From Zygnema circumcarinatum SAG 698-1b (Eukaryota > Plantae > Zygnematophyceae), in assembly GCA_037447605.1 (NCBI GenBank), contig CM074811.1:3472001-3536000 (forward strand): a stretch of 64,000 nt of DNA, written 5' to 3'. The stretch's first letter is position 1; every line of letters begins with the position of its first letter. The notes under the pieces were generated by a model. It did no database searches. It was given only the letters and a program-made list of their open reading frames with translations, and was not told where the DNA came from. The position numbers and the translations under genes were made by a program. Of this stretch, positions 62,533 to 64,000 are shown piece after piece.

Positions 62533-64000
62533 GGCGGCCCCGCAGACAACGTTACGACAGCGAGAGAGAGAGAGGGAGAGAGGGACAGAGGGCGAGGGAG
62601 AGGGAGAGGGAGAGCTGGAGGGAGCTCCGCAGCGAGTGGTCGCAACTCTTTGCTGAGCCTGCAAGCTTCCAGCAGTCGCCTATAGGCCGTACAGCTGGTC
62701 TCAAACTAGGGCGTACGAATTGATACGTGGAGGCTTATGATTGGCTAATGCTTGCCAGCGTGGCAAATCACCATACCAACCAATCAAATGCTTTTTACGC
62801 ATGTGCGAATACGAGACCGCCAGTTTGAATGAGGCAAGGAGAGTTTTGAACCGATATTTTTTTCGGGTCAGGCCTGCCCGACATCGGGAAATCGGACGGT
62901 CCAAGGGACGAAGAGAGTTTAATCGACGGCTGTCCGCGCCCGATCGGACGGCCCTCCGACGCTGACCGCTTCTGACCCAACTTCCGGCAACTTCGGTCCG
63001 AACGGAAACTTTTCGGGACATCGCTGTCGGTCGCTGGTCGCGCCGGAGGGGTCCGGGTCAGAGGCGTTCCGTGCTGCAACTCCGTTCACCGTTGAGTTGA
63101 GCACGACTCACACGTGTAGGAAGTCTGTTTGGAGATTTTTTTGCGGCAATCGTCTACTGCCACGTCAGCACAAAATGATGGCTGCCTTGGGTTCCAGAGG
63201 ACCAGGACTGACTTCCAATCGCTGTTGGCCACGTGGCACTCGTCGTCGGCGGCGCTCACTGAAAGTAGTGTGTTGGCGCGCAGTGAGGGAGGTGTCGGAT
63301 TCCAAAAAAAAAAATCAGGCTTGGACCTTAGACGTGAGTATAAAAAACTAAGATTCACCCCCATACACAAAGGGCACTCTTATGGGGAGGGAGTACAAAG
63401 GGAGGAAAGTCCAATTCATCGTGGTTCCCCATGCTGCTTTTGTCCATGTACATTTGATGGCCTCGCCATCGTGAGTTCAATGCCATTTTCCTTCCTTGAG
63501 GAAAGCGAATTGCCGATGCTGCTGTTGATGTTTGAGTCGCCGCATTGTTCTATTCATGTTTGGGCGCTGCTTGAAGTGCAAACACATGGCACCAGGGATG
63601 CTCATTGGAGGCTGCCCATAATTTGGAGGACACGTGACAAGCTCCAGGCAATGGCATACGCAACCATATGCAATGGGCATCATCACAGAATTGACCCTTT
63701 GCAAATGAACACTTTTTAAATGTCTATTTTCTATCTCCCCCTCATTATCTGATCTGAAATGTAAGGGGCATACTTCAATGGCTACTTTGTGGCTACAAAA
63801 GAAACAGTAAAACACAAATGGACTTGCTCGAACGCAGTGTTCAGGCCGACGGACACAACTGCAAAATTTTACATTTGATCTTCAAAAGCTGGTATGATCA
63901 AAGCTGGCGGCTGTGAAGCCTGAGCCTCTCCACGAAGCCAAAACAAAAATAGTGAAAAGTACACATACAGGTATTCTCATTTATAAGAAAAAAGGGGAAA

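Noticed and set aside
62940-63070. CTGACCC...GGGTCAGA inverted pair resembling the LTR/MULE hairpin
   Set aside because: Only about 8 bp match, with a long unrelated spacer; insufficient evidence.

Overview
Eukaryotic nuclear DNA from a green plant. Spliceosomal GT-AG introns, plastid-type transit peptides, a P-class PPR, a fibrillin and a CSLA/C-type synthase point to a streptophyte; intron-split multi-FAS1 genes and a CRE-type retroposon make a non-seed lineage, probably an alga, more likely (inference). There are three zones. (1) 1-21 kb is gene-dense: a 2OG-Fe(II) oxygenase (cut by the window edge), a sterol-desaturase/FA-hydroxylase-family gene, a PPR gene, a low-complexity protein with a D-box and a Sororin-like C-terminal motif, fibrillin FBN3 and omega-amidase NLP3. 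(2) 21-44.8 kb is a nested transposon island: a tandem-repeat-bearing element, MULE-like foldback elements, a Ty1/copia element inside a related solo LTR, chromoviral Ty3/gypsy remnants, a CRE-type RLE fragment and a MITE family. (3) 44.8-64 kb holds two tandem GPI-type fasciclin genes (3 and 2 FAS1 domains), more nested DNA transposons and an intact 12-exon CSLA/CSLC-like glycosyltransferase. Exon boundaries were read by eye and checked for frame. The assembly has five N-gaps, a probable 1.5-kb overlap duplication and indel-rich patches (about 26-33, 37.9-44.8 and 53.6-55.4 kb) resembling unpolished long reads, so TE details there are provisional. No rRNA, tRNA, CRISPR or prokaryote-like system was found. 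Best leads: the Sororin-like gene with nearby MSA-type motifs, the fasciclin pair (domain loss plus almost purely non-synonymous divergence), and the mixed-signature CSL.
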